Positions 1 to 9,178 of a DNA stretch of 49,614 nucleotides are shown piece by piece. The position numbers and the translations under genes are program-made. The notes below the pieces were generated by a model. It ran no database searches, was not told the DNA's origin, and saw nothing but the letters and a program-made list of their open reading frames with translations. The first letter of the stretch is position 1. Every line of letters begins with the position of its first letter. Source of the stretch: Anaerolineales bacterium (GTDB taxonomy: Bacteria; Chloroflexota; Anaerolineae; Anaerolineales; Villigracilaceae); the NCBI GenBank assembly GCA_046292855.1, contig JBKBPX010000001.1, positions 1 to 49,614 of the forward strand. Reading direction: 5' to 3'.

Positions 1-33
1 ATAACGCCAAAAGATAAATGGACAGAGCACTAG
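1..33 (+). mobile_element. Right-end fragment of MITE-like repeat family A (cut by window edge)
   Basis: ataacgccaaaagataaatggacagagcactag matches by eye the right termini of the complete copies ending near 9175, 33522 and 45180. Confidence 0.7.
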
Positions 34-71
34 CCCGTCATAATTTCTAGCCCGTCATAATTTCAAATTGC

Positions 72-100
72 TTGACATCCCTTCTTTTTCCTGGTAATAT
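72..100 (+). promoter_or_regulatory. Sigma-70-like promoter for the riboswitch-metK transcript
   Basis: TTGACA (72-77), 17-nt spacer, TAATAT (95-100), about 30 nt upstream of the riboswitch. Confidence 0.6.
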
Positions 101-128
101 CTGCGCCAACAATCAAGCCCTGACGGCA

Positions 129-337
129 CTCTTATCCAGAGAGGCGGAGGGACCGGCCCGACGAAGCCTCAGCAACCTGTTTCTACCGTGCCAAAAGGGC
201 ACGCTTTCTGTGTCCTGGCAAGTTTCGCAGGTGGAAACAAGGTGCTAATTCCGGCAGACGGATGTTCTGGAAGATGAGAGGGCAGCCGTGCATGACGCCA
301 AATTGCCCTTTCATGTCCGGAGGGGCAATTTTATTTT
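129..337 (+). promoter_or_regulatory. SAM-I (S-box) riboswitch with intrinsic terminator
   Basis: Core CTCTTATCCAGAGAGGCGGAGGGACCGGCCCGACGAAGCCTCAGCAACC ... GGTGCTAATTCCGGCAG ... GATGAGAG. Hairpin AATTGCCC/GGGCAATT (301-330) followed by a T-run. Lies directly upstream of metK. Confidence 0.9.
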
Positions 338-352
338 CCTGCGAGGTATAAG

Positions 353-1564
353 ATGACCACAACCTTCATGTCCTCCAAAAAACTCTTTTTCACCTCTGAA
401 TCGGTCACAGAAGGACATCCAGACAAAATTTGTGACCAGATCAGCGATGCAGTCCTGGATGCCTGCCTGGAGCAGGACCCCACCTCGCGCGTGGCCTGTG
501 AAACCGCCACCAAAACCGGCTTCGTGATCCTGATGGGCGAGATTACGACACGCGCCAACTTCAACTACGATGAGCTGGTGCGCAAGGTCTTGCTCGATAT
601 TGGCTATGACGACAGCAGCAAGGGTTTCGATGGGAACACCTGCGGTGTGCTGGTGGCGATCGCCAAGCAATCTGGCGATATTGCCATGGGCGTAGATAAG
701 GCGCTCGAGGCCAAGACCGGTGAGATGAGCGAAGAAGAGATCGAAGCCATCGGCGCTGGCGATCAGGGCATGATGTTCGGCTACGCTTGTAACGAGACGC
801 CACAGCTGATGCCTATGCCGATCTACCTGGCACATAAGCTCACCCGTCGCCTGGCCGAAGTGCGCAAAAACGGCACACTCCCCTGGCTACGCCCGGATGG
901 GAAATCACAGGTGACCGTGGAATATTCCTACGGAAAGCCCAAGCGTGTGGATACCGTCCTGATCTCTACCCAACACGCCCCGGAGATTTCCCAGAGCGAG
1001 ATCCGCGAGCAGATCATCGAGCATGTCATCATGCCCGTCTTGCCTGCGGAGATGGTGGATAAAGATTTGAAAATTTACGTCAATCCGACCGGGCGTTTCG
1101 TGATCGGCGGGCCGATGGGCGATTCCGGTCTGACCGGGCGCAAGATCATCGTAGATACCTACGGGGGAATGGGACGCCACGGCGGTGGATGTTTTAGCGG
1201 TAAGGATCCGACGAAAGTAGATCGTTCTGCAGCCTATGCGGCGCGCTGGGCGGCGAAAAACGTGGTGGCCGCCGGCCTGGCCGATCGTTGCGAAATCCAG
1301 GTGGCCTATGCTATCGGCGTGGCACGCCCACTCTCGGTAAACGTAGAAACCTTCGGAACCGGGCGAATTCCCGATGCAAAGATCGCCGAGCTTATCCTGG
1401 AGCATTTTGACCTGCGCCCGGGAGCGATCATCCGCGACCTGAACCTGCGGCGCCCGATTTATCGCCAGACTGCCGCCTACGGTCATTTTGGACGCGACGA
1501 TCTTGACCTGCCCTGGGAGCGCACGGATAAGGCTGAAGCACTGCGGCGCGCAGCCGGGCTTTGA
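353..1564 (+). CDS. metK: S-adenosylmethionine synthetase
   Basis: 403 aa. Motifs [30 protein letters not shown] and [21 protein letters not shown] gaggt upstream. Confidence 0.98.
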   Translation: MTTTFMSSKKLFFTSESVTEGHPDKICDQISDAVLDACLEQDPTSRVACETATKTGFVILMGEITTRANFNYDELVRKVLLDIGYDDSSKGFDGNTCGVLVAIAKQSGDIAMGVDKALEAKTGEMSEEEIEAIGAGDQGMMFGYACNETPQLMPMPIYLAHKLTRRLAEVRKNGTLPWLRPDGKSQVTVEYSYGKPKRVDTVLISTQHAPEISQSEIREQIIEHVIMPVLPAEMVDKDLKIYVNPTGRFVIGGPMGDSGLTGRKIIVDTYGGMGRHGGGCFSGKDPTKVDRSAAYAARWAAKNVVAAGLADRCEIQVAYAIGVARPLSVNVETFGTGRIPDAKIAELILEHFDLRPGAIIRDLNLRRPIYRQTAAYGHFGRDDLDLPWERTDKAEALRRAAGL

Positions 1565-1569
1565 CCTTC

Positions 1570-2784
1570 ATGCACATTCTTCTGATCCATCAGGCTTTCG
1601 CTTCGTTGGATGAGGCTGGCGGCACGCGGCACTATGAATTGGCACGTCTGCTGACCAGATACGGTCATCGTGTGACCGTGATCACCGGTACGGTAAGTTA
1701 CCTTACCGGTCAGGTTGAAATGCAACCTGCAATCCACCAGGAAGACGGCTTGACCATCCGCCGCGTGCCGCTTTATTCCGCCTACCATCGCTCGTTTTTC
1801 CACCGCCTGCTTTCGTTCTTTTCGTTTACCTGGAACGCTTTCTGGGCCGGAATGGGGGTCAAAAATGTGGATATTGTATGGGGTACTTCCCCACCCATCT
1901 TTCAAGGGGTAGCAGCGTGGGCACTGGCACGCTTAAAAGGTGCCCGCTTCCTGTTTGAGGTGCGCGATCTCTGGCCACGCTTTGCCATCGCCATGGGGGT
2001 AATCCGTAATCCTCTGCTTATTATGGCCTCCGAAGCCTTGGAGCGCTTTCTGTACCGCCATGCCGATCAGGTGGTGGTGAACAGCCCAGGCTTCCTAGAC
2101 CATGTTCAGGGTCGAGGAGCGAGGCGAACGGCACTGATCCCCAATGGAGCAGACCCGCTCATGTTTGAGACAAAAGCGGCGGGGCAAGACCTGCGCCGTC
2201 TTCACCATCTTGAAGATAAGATCCTCGTGCTTTATGCCGGTGCGCACGGCCCGGCAAACGATCTGGATGTAGTGTTAGAAGCGGCACACCTGCTCCAGGA
2301 TTCGCCAATCCATTTTCTGCTCATCGGGGATGGAAAAGACAAGCCGCGCCTCCAGCAAAAGGCAAAGGAATGGGGATTGACCAACATCACATTCTTTCCC
2401 CCTGTGCCCAAGCGTGAGATGCCGGCATTCCTGCAAATTGCAGATATAGGGCTGGCGATTTTGAAACCCCTGGAAGAATACAAAACCACTTATCCGAATA
2501 AAGTGTTCGATTATATGGCCGCAGGAAAACCCATCCTGCTGGCAATTGATGGAGTGATCCGCGAAGTCGTAGAAGCCGCAGGATGCGGAATATTTGTCCC
2601 ACCAGGGAATGCTCAAGCCCTGGCACAGGCGGCAGAGCAGCTGGCTAACAATGCATCATTACGTGAAACGCTGGGACAGCGTGGCCGTATCTACCTGGAG
2701 AAGCATTTCAGCCGTCAGGCACTGGGAGAACAATTCCGCCAGCTGCTAGAAGAGATGAGGGAAAGAGCACACAGCTCCCTGTGA
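1570..2784 (+). CDS. Glycosyltransferase family 4 (WcaI-like)
   Basis: N-terminus MHILLIHQAF..AGGTRHYELA, typical of WcaI-like GT4, and a C-terminal GT1-type domain. ATG at 1570 preferred over TTG at 1561, which overlaps the metK stop. Confidence 0.85.
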   Translation: MHILLIHQAFASLDEAGGTRHYELARLLTRYGHRVTVITGTVSYLTGQVEMQPAIHQEDGLTIRRVPLYSAYHRSFFHRLLSFFSFTWNAFWAGMGVKNVDIVWGTSPPIFQGVAAWALARLKGARFLFEVRDLWPRFAIAMGVIRNPLLIMASEALERFLYRHADQVVVNSPGFLDHVQGRGARRTALIPNGADPLMFETKAAGQDLRRLHHLEDKILVLYAGAHGPANDLDVVLEAAHLLQDSPIHFLLIGDGKDKPRLQQKAKEWGLTNITFFPPVPKREMPAFLQIADIGLAILKPLEEYKTTYPNKVFDYMAAGKPILLAIDGVIREVVEAAGCGIFVPPGNAQALAQAAEQLANNASLRETLGQRGRIYLEKHFSRQALGEQFRQLLEEMRERAHSSL

Positions 2785-2846
2785 TTCCCCGATAACGCAA
2801 ACCTTCCCGTCTTTTTTCCGAAAAAAAAAGAACAGCGGCAATTTTC

Positions 2847-2875
2847 TTGATAAAATGGGCTTATTTTGGTATATT
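2847..2875 (+). promoter_or_regulatory. Putative promoter of the cytochrome oxidase operon
   Basis: TTGATA (2847-2852), 17-nt spacer, TATATT (2870-2875). Confidence 0.5.
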
Positions 2876-2980
2876 ACAAGTGCTTCAAAAGAAGATAACA
2901 AAGCCTTATCAGTCGGGTGGGTACGATGACTCTCAACGCAGATACTTCCTACTACAAATCTTTTCCATGAGGAGAGAGAT

Positions 2981-3985
2981 ATGCGACATTTTGTCATTGT
3001 CGGCATACTGGTCTTGCTTTTCTCGGTTCTCACGTTCTTCGGGCTTCGGGCAATAGGATTGATGCCGGTTCAGGCAGCACTCCAGGCAGAAACCGTAGAT
3101 TGGATGTTCGACCTGGAAGTAGTGGTCATTTCCTTCCTGTTTGCCCTCATCGTGGTTCCGCTTTTCTACAGTCTGATTGTGTTCCGGCGCAAGCCCGGAG
3201 ATGATGGAGAGGGGGAACACATCGAAGGGAACACGCGCCTGGAAATCACCTGGACTGTAATCCCCTTATTCACTGTCCTGGTCTTTGCATATCTTGGGGC
3301 GATCACCTTAGGCCAAACGCGGCGTCTTGACCCGAACGCCATGGTGGTGAATGTGACCGCCTTTCAATGGGCGTGGCGCTTCGAGTATCCCGAATATGGG
3401 ATAAAGACCAACCAGCTTTACCTGCCGGTCAATCGCCAGGTGGTGTTGAAGATGCAATCTCCGGATGTGATCCATTCTTTTTGGGTGCCGGAATTCCGCA
3501 TCAAGCAGGATGTGGTTCCGGGACGGATTACCGAATATCGGATCACACCGAGCTTGATTGGCAGCTATAAGGTGCGCTGTGCGGAGCTGTGCGGTGTATC
3601 CCACGCGTACATGGAGGCGCCCGTCGTGGTCGTCTCCCAAGAAGAATTTAAAAAGTGGGTGCAGGAGACAAGCGCCAAGCAAGCAGCAGCACAGGGCCCC
3701 GACCCGGCGCGCGGCGAAAAACTCTACAATGAGCTAGGGTGCAAAGCCTGCCATTCGATTGATGGAAGCGCAGGAGTCGGCCCCACCTGGAAAGGCCTAT
3801 GGGGCGAGACGGTCACGCTGACAGACGGCACAACCCTGACTGCAGATGAGGCCTATATCACAGAGTCAATCCGCAATCCTGAAGCGAAAATCGTAGCCGG
3901 TTTCCAGCCCGGGGCAATGCCGGCGTTCAACCTGAGCGACGCGGAAATTGCCGATTTGATTGCCTTTATCCAGACCCTTAAGTAG
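2981..3985 (+). CDS. ctaC: Cytochrome c oxidase subunit II with fused cytochrome c domain (caa3-type)
   Basis: Two N-terminal TM helices, CuA motif CAELCGVSHAYM, C-terminal haem-c motif CKACH. SD ggagag. Confidence 0.95.
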   Translation: MRHFVIVGILVLLFSVLTFFGLRAIGLMPVQAALQAETVDWMFDLEVVVISFLFALIVVPLFYSLIVFRRKPGDDGEGEHIEGNTRLEITWTVIPLFTVLVFAYLGAITLGQTRRLDPNAMVVNVTAFQWAWRFEYPEYGIKTNQLYLPVNRQVVLKMQSPDVIHSFWVPEFRIKQDVVPGRITEYRITPSLIGSYKVRCAELCGVSHAYMEAPVVVVSQEEFKKWVQETSAKQAAAQGPDPARGEKLYNELGCKACHSIDGSAGVGPTWKGLWGETVTLTDGTTLTADEAYITESIRNPEAKIVAGFQPGAMPAFNLSDAEIADLIAFIQTLK

Positions 3986-3996
3986 GAGGCCATTCT

Positions 3997-5844
3997 ATGA
4001 AGAAAATACTCTCTCTTGGTTTGACCCGGGGATTAATCTGGCAGATAATAGGAACCCTTGCCGGAGCGTTGCTAGTCACGGCCATTCGTGCCATCATGGG
4101 ATTGGATCCCTGGGGCAATTTTCTATTTAGTGAAGCGGCGTGGGTGGTAGGGGGATTGACGGGGGTGATTGCCTTCGTGGCCGGCGTAGGCGCCTTGACT
4201 GACTGGTTCAAGTGGGCGTTGGGAGAGGAAACGCCGGAATTCCGCGAGGATCCGCCCGGCTGGGAAAAGTACTTCGGCGTCTCCCTCGATCACAAGGTGA
4301 TCGGGATCCAATACACGGTCACAGCCTTGTTCTTGTTGGGAGTCGGTGGCCTGTTCGCGTTGATTTTCCGCACCGAGTTGGCGGCCTCCGGGATGCAGTT
4401 TCTATCTCTCCAAATGTACAACACGCTAATGGGGTTGCATGGGATGGTGATGATCGCCGGCATCCTGCTGGGCGTGGCCGGCGTGATGAACTATCTCGTG
4501 CCTATGCTCATCGGTGCCCACGATATGGCCTTTCCGCGCCTGAATGCCTTCTCTTTTTGGATCTCCCCTCCGGCGGCGCTTGTGCTGCTCTCTAGTCTGG
4601 CATTGGGCGGCTTTGACACAGGATGGACAGGCTACCCCCCGCTTTCGGCACGCGCTCCCGTAGGCATGCAAATGTTCTTCCTGGCCGTGTGGGTGGTGGG
4701 ATGGTCTTCGATCCTGGGGGGATTGAACCTGATCGCTACCGTGGTGCGGATGCGCGCCAAAGGGATGAGCGCCTTCCGCATGCCCATCTTAGCCTGGGCT
4801 TCGGTGGCGACTTCGATCATCTCCCTCACCGCCACTCAGTTAATCGGCCTTTCTTTCCAGTTGGTCATGTTCCAGCGCTTGCTGGGCATGGGCTTCTTTG
4901 ACCCGGCCAAGGGTGGAAACCCAATTCTCTTCCAGCATCTCTTCTGGTTCTACTCTCACCCGGCCGTGTACGTTTTTGTCCTGCCGGGGCTGGGTGTAAT
5001 CAGCGAGCTGCTGCCGGTATTCGTGCGCAAGCCGCTCTTCGGTTATCGCTGGGTAGCCATGTCCTCGCTGGGAATTGCCCTGGTCGGCTTCCTGGTCTGG
5101 GCACATCACATGTTCACCTCCGGGATGAACGAATATCTGCGCGTGCCCTTCATGTATAGCACCCTGTTGGTTGCCGTTCCTACGGGCGTGAAATTTTTCT
5201 CCTGGGTGGCTACCTTGTGGAAAGGGAAAATCGAGACTCCCACTCCCATGCTCTTTGTGTTGGGCGGAATCGTCGTGTTTCTGATGGGAGGGCTTTCCGG
5301 CCCGCCAAATGCGATTGTCTCTACTGATTTGCATTTGCACGATACGTATTTCGTCGTCGGCCACTTTCACGATACCATGTTTGGTGGATACATCTACCCG
5401 TTCTTCGCCGCTATCTACTATTGGTTCCCAAAAGCAACCGGTCGGCGCATGAACGAAAAATTGGGCAAATGGCATTTCTGGCTGATGACACCCGCATTCC
5501 TAGTCATGACTTTGCTGATGATGCGGGTGGGGTTGTTAGGGATGCGACGGCGCATCGCCGACTACGATCCTGCTTTGGGCTTCGATTTTCTACACCTGCT
5601 GATTACTGTCTCGGCCTTCTTGATCGCCATCTCAATACTCGTCTTTCTATACAACTTTTTCACGAGCATCAAGAAGGGTGAGCCGGCAGAGGGGAATGTT
5701 TGGCGTTCTCGGTCTCCAGAATGGCAAGTGCCCTCCCCGATGCCAGCCCACAATTACGAGGAGGCCTTTGAGGTGGTCGGCGAACCCTATGATTATGGCC
5801 TACCTGGCTCAACCTACATCCGCTTCAACGGAAAACACAACTGA
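3997..5844 (+). CDS. ctaD: Cytochrome c oxidase subunit I
   Basis: 615 aa polytopic protein. Motifs WFYSHPAVYVFVLPG, WAHHMFTSG and VGHFHD. SD aggagg. Confidence 0.97.
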   Translation: MKKILSLGLTRGLIWQIIGTLAGALLVTAIRAIMGLDPWGNFLFSEAAWVVGGLTGVIAFVAGVGALTDWFKWALGEETPEFREDPPGWEKYFGVSLDHKVIGIQYTVTALFLLGVGGLFALIFRTELAASGMQFLSLQMYNTLMGLHGMVMIAGILLGVAGVMNYLVPMLIGAHDMAFPRLNAFSFWISPPAALVLLSSLALGGFDTGWTGYPPLSARAPVGMQMFFLAVWVVGWSSILGGLNLIATVVRMRAKGMSAFRMPILAWASVATSIISLTATQLIGLSFQLVMFQRLLGMGFFDPAKGGNPILFQHLFWFYSHPAVYVFVLPGLGVISELLPVFVRKPLFGYRWVAMSSLGIALVGFLVWAHHMFTSGMNEYLRVPFMYSTLLVAVPTGVKFFSWVATLWKGKIETPTPMLFVLGGIVVFLMGGLSGPPNAIVSTDLHLHDTYFVVGHFHDTMFGGYIYPFFAAIYYWFPKATGRRMNEKLGKWHFWLMTPAFLVMTLLMMRVGLLGMRRRIADYDPALGFDFLHLLITVSAFLIAISILVFLYNFFTSIKKGEPAEGNVWRSRSPEWQVPSPMPAHNYEEAFEVVGEPYDYGLPGSTYIRFNGKHN

Positions 5845-5871
5845 GCATAGGCGCCACTCTGGAGGAAACCA

Positions 5872-6636
5872 ATGGCTCACACAGATAAGAAAGCTGCTTT
5901 TCAACTAGGCCTCGCTATTTTCTTCTACCTTGCTATCCTGACGGGCCTGGAATTCTACGTGGCCGTCTCGGTCGTTTCGGTGCCCCTTCTCACACTGATT
6001 GCCTTGGTCAAAGCTGGCCTGGTCGTCTATTACTACATGCACATCTACCGCCTCTATCAATCCGCCGAAGCCGAGCATGATTCTTACGAATACAAGGCCG
6101 GCACATTGCGCCTCGGTTTGTGGTTGTTCCTGCTCTCCGATGCATTCGTATTTGGCGGATTGGCCATCGCACGCTTCAACTTGCTTGGGCTTACCCGTCC
6201 GAATTTGAACCAGGGGCTCGGCTTGATCGTGACCTCGGTGCTCCTGCTCTCTTCGTTCTTTATGAATCGAGCCGAAACGGCAATGGCCCATGGGGATCGG
6301 CGCAACTTTGCCGTGAGTTTGATCCTAACACTAGTGTTGGGCATTGCCTTCCTGGTTGGCGTGGTCGGCGTTGAATGGCCTTCCGCCATCCACGAGGGCA
6401 TTGCGCCTTCGTCGAACGCGGCCGGGGCAATCTTCTTCATGATGACCGGGATGCACGCCTTTCACGTCTTGACCGGTGTGCTGTTCCTGCTGATTGTGCT
6501 GCGCAATGGGCTACGCGGCCTCTATTCTGCCGAACGTCATCGCGCCGTTGAAGCCGCCGCCGTTTACTGGCACTTCGTGGACGTGGTGTGGATCTTCTTT
6601 TACCCGGCACTCTATCTGATCGGAACGGCCCTGTGA
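5872..6636 (+). CDS. ctaE: Cytochrome c oxidase subunit III with subunit-IV-like N-terminal extension
   Basis: C-terminal part has FFMMTGMHAFHVLTG and YWHFVDVVWIFFYPALY (subunit III). The first ~65 aa resemble the small prokaryotic subunit IV (..VKAGLVVYYYMHI). Confidence 0.85.
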   Translation: MAHTDKKAAFQLGLAIFFYLAILTGLEFYVAVSVVSVPLLTLIALVKAGLVVYYYMHIYRLYQSAEAEHDSYEYKAGTLRLGLWLFLLSDAFVFGGLAIARFNLLGLTRPNLNQGLGLIVTSVLLLSSFFMNRAETAMAHGDRRNFAVSLILTLVLGIAFLVGVVGVEWPSAIHEGIAPSSNAAGAIFFMMTGMHAFHVLTGVLFLLIVLRNGLRGLYSAERHRAVEAAAVYWHFVDVVWIFFYPALYLIGTAL

Positions 6637-7244
6637 TCGGCAAGACGCGCTGGATCACCCTCTTCGTCCCGCTAGTTCTTCTCATCCTTTTGACAGTTTT
6701 CTGGCGAAAAAATGCCGCCGGTTTACGGGGGGCAGTATATGACCCTCCTCTGCCGGCGGCGGATTTCGCGCTCGTCCAAGCTGACGGCAAGCCCTTTCGC
6801 TTGAGTGAGCAGCGGGGCAAGATCGTCCTACTCTTCTTCGGTTATACATCTTGTCCGGATGTATGTCCAACGACTCTAGCCGAATTAAGCCAGGCAATGC
6901 GGAAATTGGGTGAGCAAGAAAGGGCGCGTGTGGTAGTAGTCTTCATCAGCGTGGATCCGGCCCGGGATACTCCCAAACGCGCTCAAGAGTATGCTCAACG
7001 CTTCTTCCCCTCCTTCCTCGGTTTGAGCGGCACGGAGGCAGAATTACAGCCCATCTGGTCTGCTTACGGAGTATACCGGGAGGTGCAGTCCAGCGATTCC
7101 GCTGTCGGTTATCTGATTGCGCATTCAGCGCGCCTCTATCTCATCGATCCCCAGGGCAATCTACGTCTCACCTTCCCCTTCGGTACCCCTGCGGAGGACA
7201 TTGCCTACGATCTGAAAATCTTGCTAGGAGGGTCGCAAAAATGA
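6633..7244 (+). CDS. SCO1/SenC family copper chaperone
   Basis: Thioredoxin-like CPDVCP motif and an N-terminal TM helix. GTG at 6633 overlaps the ctaE stop (GTGA) and is preferred over the 6588 start, which lies inside ctaE. Confidence 0.85.
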   Translation: MIGKTRWITLFVPLVLLILLTVFWRKNAAGLRGAVYDPPLPAADFALVQADGKPFRLSEQRGKIVLLFFGYTSCPDVCPTTLAELSQAMRKLGEQERARVVVVFISVDPARDTPKRAQEYAQRFFPSFLGLSGTEAELQPIWSAYGVYREVQSSDSAVGYLIAHSARLYLIDPQGNLRLTFPFGTPAEDIAYDLKILLGGSQK

Positions 7245-7675
7245 GAAGAAAGTTTTTTCTAGCCATCTCCTTGATCGCACTCCTCATCTCTGCCTGCAGC
7301 GCTTCCCGATCGCCTCAGGGGAGGGGCATCCGCATCGAAGCGCCATGGGCACGCCCGGCAGCACAAGGCGAAAACGGCGCCGTCTACTTCACGCTGCTGA
7401 ACGATGGAGAGGAGGACATCCTACTTTCGGCCCAGACGGACGTGGCAGAGACGGTCGAGTTACATATGACCACGATGCACGGGGGACACACGATGCAGAT
7501 GCAAATGCAACACGAGATCCAAATTCCTAAAGGGAAGACCGAATTTGCCCCCGGCGGTTATCATGTGATGCTTTTGGGGCTGAAACGCGAGTTGAAAGTG
7601 GGTGATTCTTTTCCGCTCACCCTGCGCTTCCAAAAAGCCGGGGAACTCCTCGTCACTGTCAGTGTAAAAGAATGA
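7241..7675 (+). CDS. Copper chaperone PCu(A)C (DUF461)
   Basis: Lipoprotein-like signal (LLISAC). His/Met-rich Cu(I) site ELHMTTMHGGHTMQMQMQ and GGYHVMLLGLK. ATGA overlap with the SCO1 gene. Confidence 0.85.
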   Translation: MRRKFFLAISLIALLISACSASRSPQGRGIRIEAPWARPAAQGENGAVYFTLLNDGEEDILLSAQTDVAETVELHMTTMHGGHTMQMQMQHEIQIPKGKTEFAPGGYHVMLLGLKRELKVGDSFPLTLRFQKAGELLVTVSVKE

Positions 7676-8139
7676 TTCGTCGTATCTCGTTTACCTTCCT
7701 GATCGGCCTGCTCTTAGCTGCCGTGACAACGGAACTCGCCTACCGTTTCCAGCGCCGCGAAAACCGCGAGGCCCAGCGCGTCGAGTTAATCATCCCACCC
7801 GGCACAGCAGAGAAAGTGGCCAAAGGAGAAAAACCTCCTGAACTCCCGCAAGAGATGACCTTCGTCTTGGGCGATGTGTTGGTGGTGACCAACCAAGACC
7901 GAGTGGCACATCAGCTGGGAAGTTTGTGGGTCCCCCCTGGGACTTCGGCCAGCCTTGTCCTGGGCAACGTGGAGAACCTGGCGATGGAATGTTCCTTTCA
8001 ACCCACGCGCTATTTCGGGATCGAGGTGCGCGAGCCGGTCACCTGGAAAACGCGCCTGATGGGAATTTTCTTTGCCGGCCTGCCACTTGGCGCGCTCTTC
8101 GCAGTTTATAGCCTTGTAATCGGAAAATCCAAATCATGA
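7672..8139 (+). CDS. Uncharacterised membrane protein (TM - small soluble domain - TM) within the oxidase assembly operon
   Basis: 155-aa ORF with 4-nt start/stop overlaps to both neighbours. Hydrophobic N- and C-termini. No family recognised. Confidence 0.6.
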   Translation: MIRRISFTFLIGLLLAAVTTELAYRFQRRENREAQRVELIIPPGTAEKVAKGEKPPELPQEMTFVLGDVLVVTNQDRVAHQLGSLWVPPGTSASLVLGNVENLAMECSFQPTRYFGIEVREPVTWKTRLMGIFFAGLPLGALFAVYSLVIGKSKS

Positions 8140-8903
8140 CCATCGGCCTGCTCTTTTCGCGACGTTGGCTTCTGACGACCTTTCTCGTACTCGTTGGCGT
8201 GGCTGTATGCATACGTTTGGGGTTCTGGCAGTTGGATCGCCTGGAGCAGCGACGTACATTCAACGCACACGTTCAAGATATGCGCTCCTTGCCGCCCCTC
8301 GACTTGAACCAAACAAGCAATTTCTCTGACATTACCCGCATGGAATACCGCGCTGCCATCGCCCGCGGCAGATATGACTACGAGGCCCAGGTTGCCCTGC
8401 GCAATCAGTACTATGAAGGGCAATACGGATATCACCTGTTAACCCCGCTTTTGTTGGATAACCAGATAGCCATCTTGGTGGACCGGGGGTGGATTCCGGC
8501 TGAAGGGAATGCATCGCCTGTTGATTGGCGAAAATACGATGAACCGACGGAAATCATCGCCGTGCGCGGCATTTTGCGCTTAGGACATCCTCAACGCACT
8601 CCAGAGAACTCCGCCGCTCACCTGGATTTCTGGATGTTTGTAGATTTAGAGAAGATCGGGAAACAAATCCCCTATCTCATCTTGCCGGCCTATCTGCAAC
8701 TCGATCCCCAAGAACGCACAACGCCCCCTATCCCCTACCAGCCAACTCTGGACCTAAGCGAAGGGCCTCATCTTGGCTATGCCATTCAATGGTTCACATT
8801 TGCTGCGATTCTGCTTTTCGGCTACCCTGTTTATGTGCGGAAACAGGAAGAGCATCCTCCGAACGCGCTGCCCTCAGAGAAATCAAACGGTCATAAATGC
8901 TAA
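8136..8903 (+). CDS. SURF1 family cytochrome oxidase assembly protein
   Basis: N-terminal TM plus RLGFWQLDRLEQRR motif, and C-terminal GYAIQWFTFAAIL TM helix. Confidence 0.8.
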   Translation: MTIGLLFSRRWLLTTFLVLVGVAVCIRLGFWQLDRLEQRRTFNAHVQDMRSLPPLDLNQTSNFSDITRMEYRAAIARGRYDYEAQVALRNQYYEGQYGYHLLTPLLLDNQIAILVDRGWIPAEGNASPVDWRKYDEPTEIIAVRGILRLGHPQRTPENSAAHLDFWMFVDLEKIGKQIPYLILPAYLQLDPQERTTPPIPYQPTLDLSEGPHLGYAIQWFTFAAILLFGYPVYVRKQEEHPPNALPSEKSNGHKC

Positions 8904-8930
8904 GATACCGTGTCCCTTCCCATTAAACCA

Positions 8931-8956
8931 AAAACCCCGCTTCTAGGCGAGGTTTT
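8931..8956 (+). terminator. Hairpin terminator candidate after the oxidase operon
   Basis: AAAACCCCGC ttctag GCGAGGTTTT, about 9 of 10 bp stem flanked by A and T runs. Confidence 0.45.
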
Positions 8957-8957
8957 A

Positions 8958-9175
8958 GGGTTTTGTCCATTTTTTGATTTTGTGTGCCGGCTTTAGGCAG
9001 CTACACACCTGGGAACGCATCCGTCTCGGAGGCTAATACCTTGCTACCAACCGAAGCGCCGTTGGCGGACGGGACGTCCGCGTTCCCAGGATGCTCACTT
9101 CCGGGCGCTTGGGCGGTTCTTTGGCAGGCCGCATCAAGTTCAATAACGCCAAAAGATAAATGGACGAAGCACTAG
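8958..9175 (+). mobile_element. MITE-like repeat family A, full copy (left boundary uncertain)
   Basis: Imperfect terminal inverted repeats (gtccattttttgattttg ... caaaagataaatggac). Internal imperfect palindrome cctgggaacgcatccgtctcgg / ggcggacgggacgtccgcgttcccagg. No credible ORF. Confidence 0.75.
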
Positions 9176-9178
9176 GTT

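Noticed and set aside
6588-6632. Upstream ATG start for the SCO1 gene
   Set aside because: It lies inside ctaE. The GTG at 6633 gives the 4-nt overlap pattern seen throughout this operon, and the product then begins just before the TM helix.
8984-9175. Short ORFs inside family A repeats (8984-9175 +, 44835-45104 -, 44986-45306 +, 33219-33413 -)
   Set aside because: The shared DNA is read in different frames and lengths in different copies. The peptides are low-complexity with no SD. The conservation is explained by the repeat itself.
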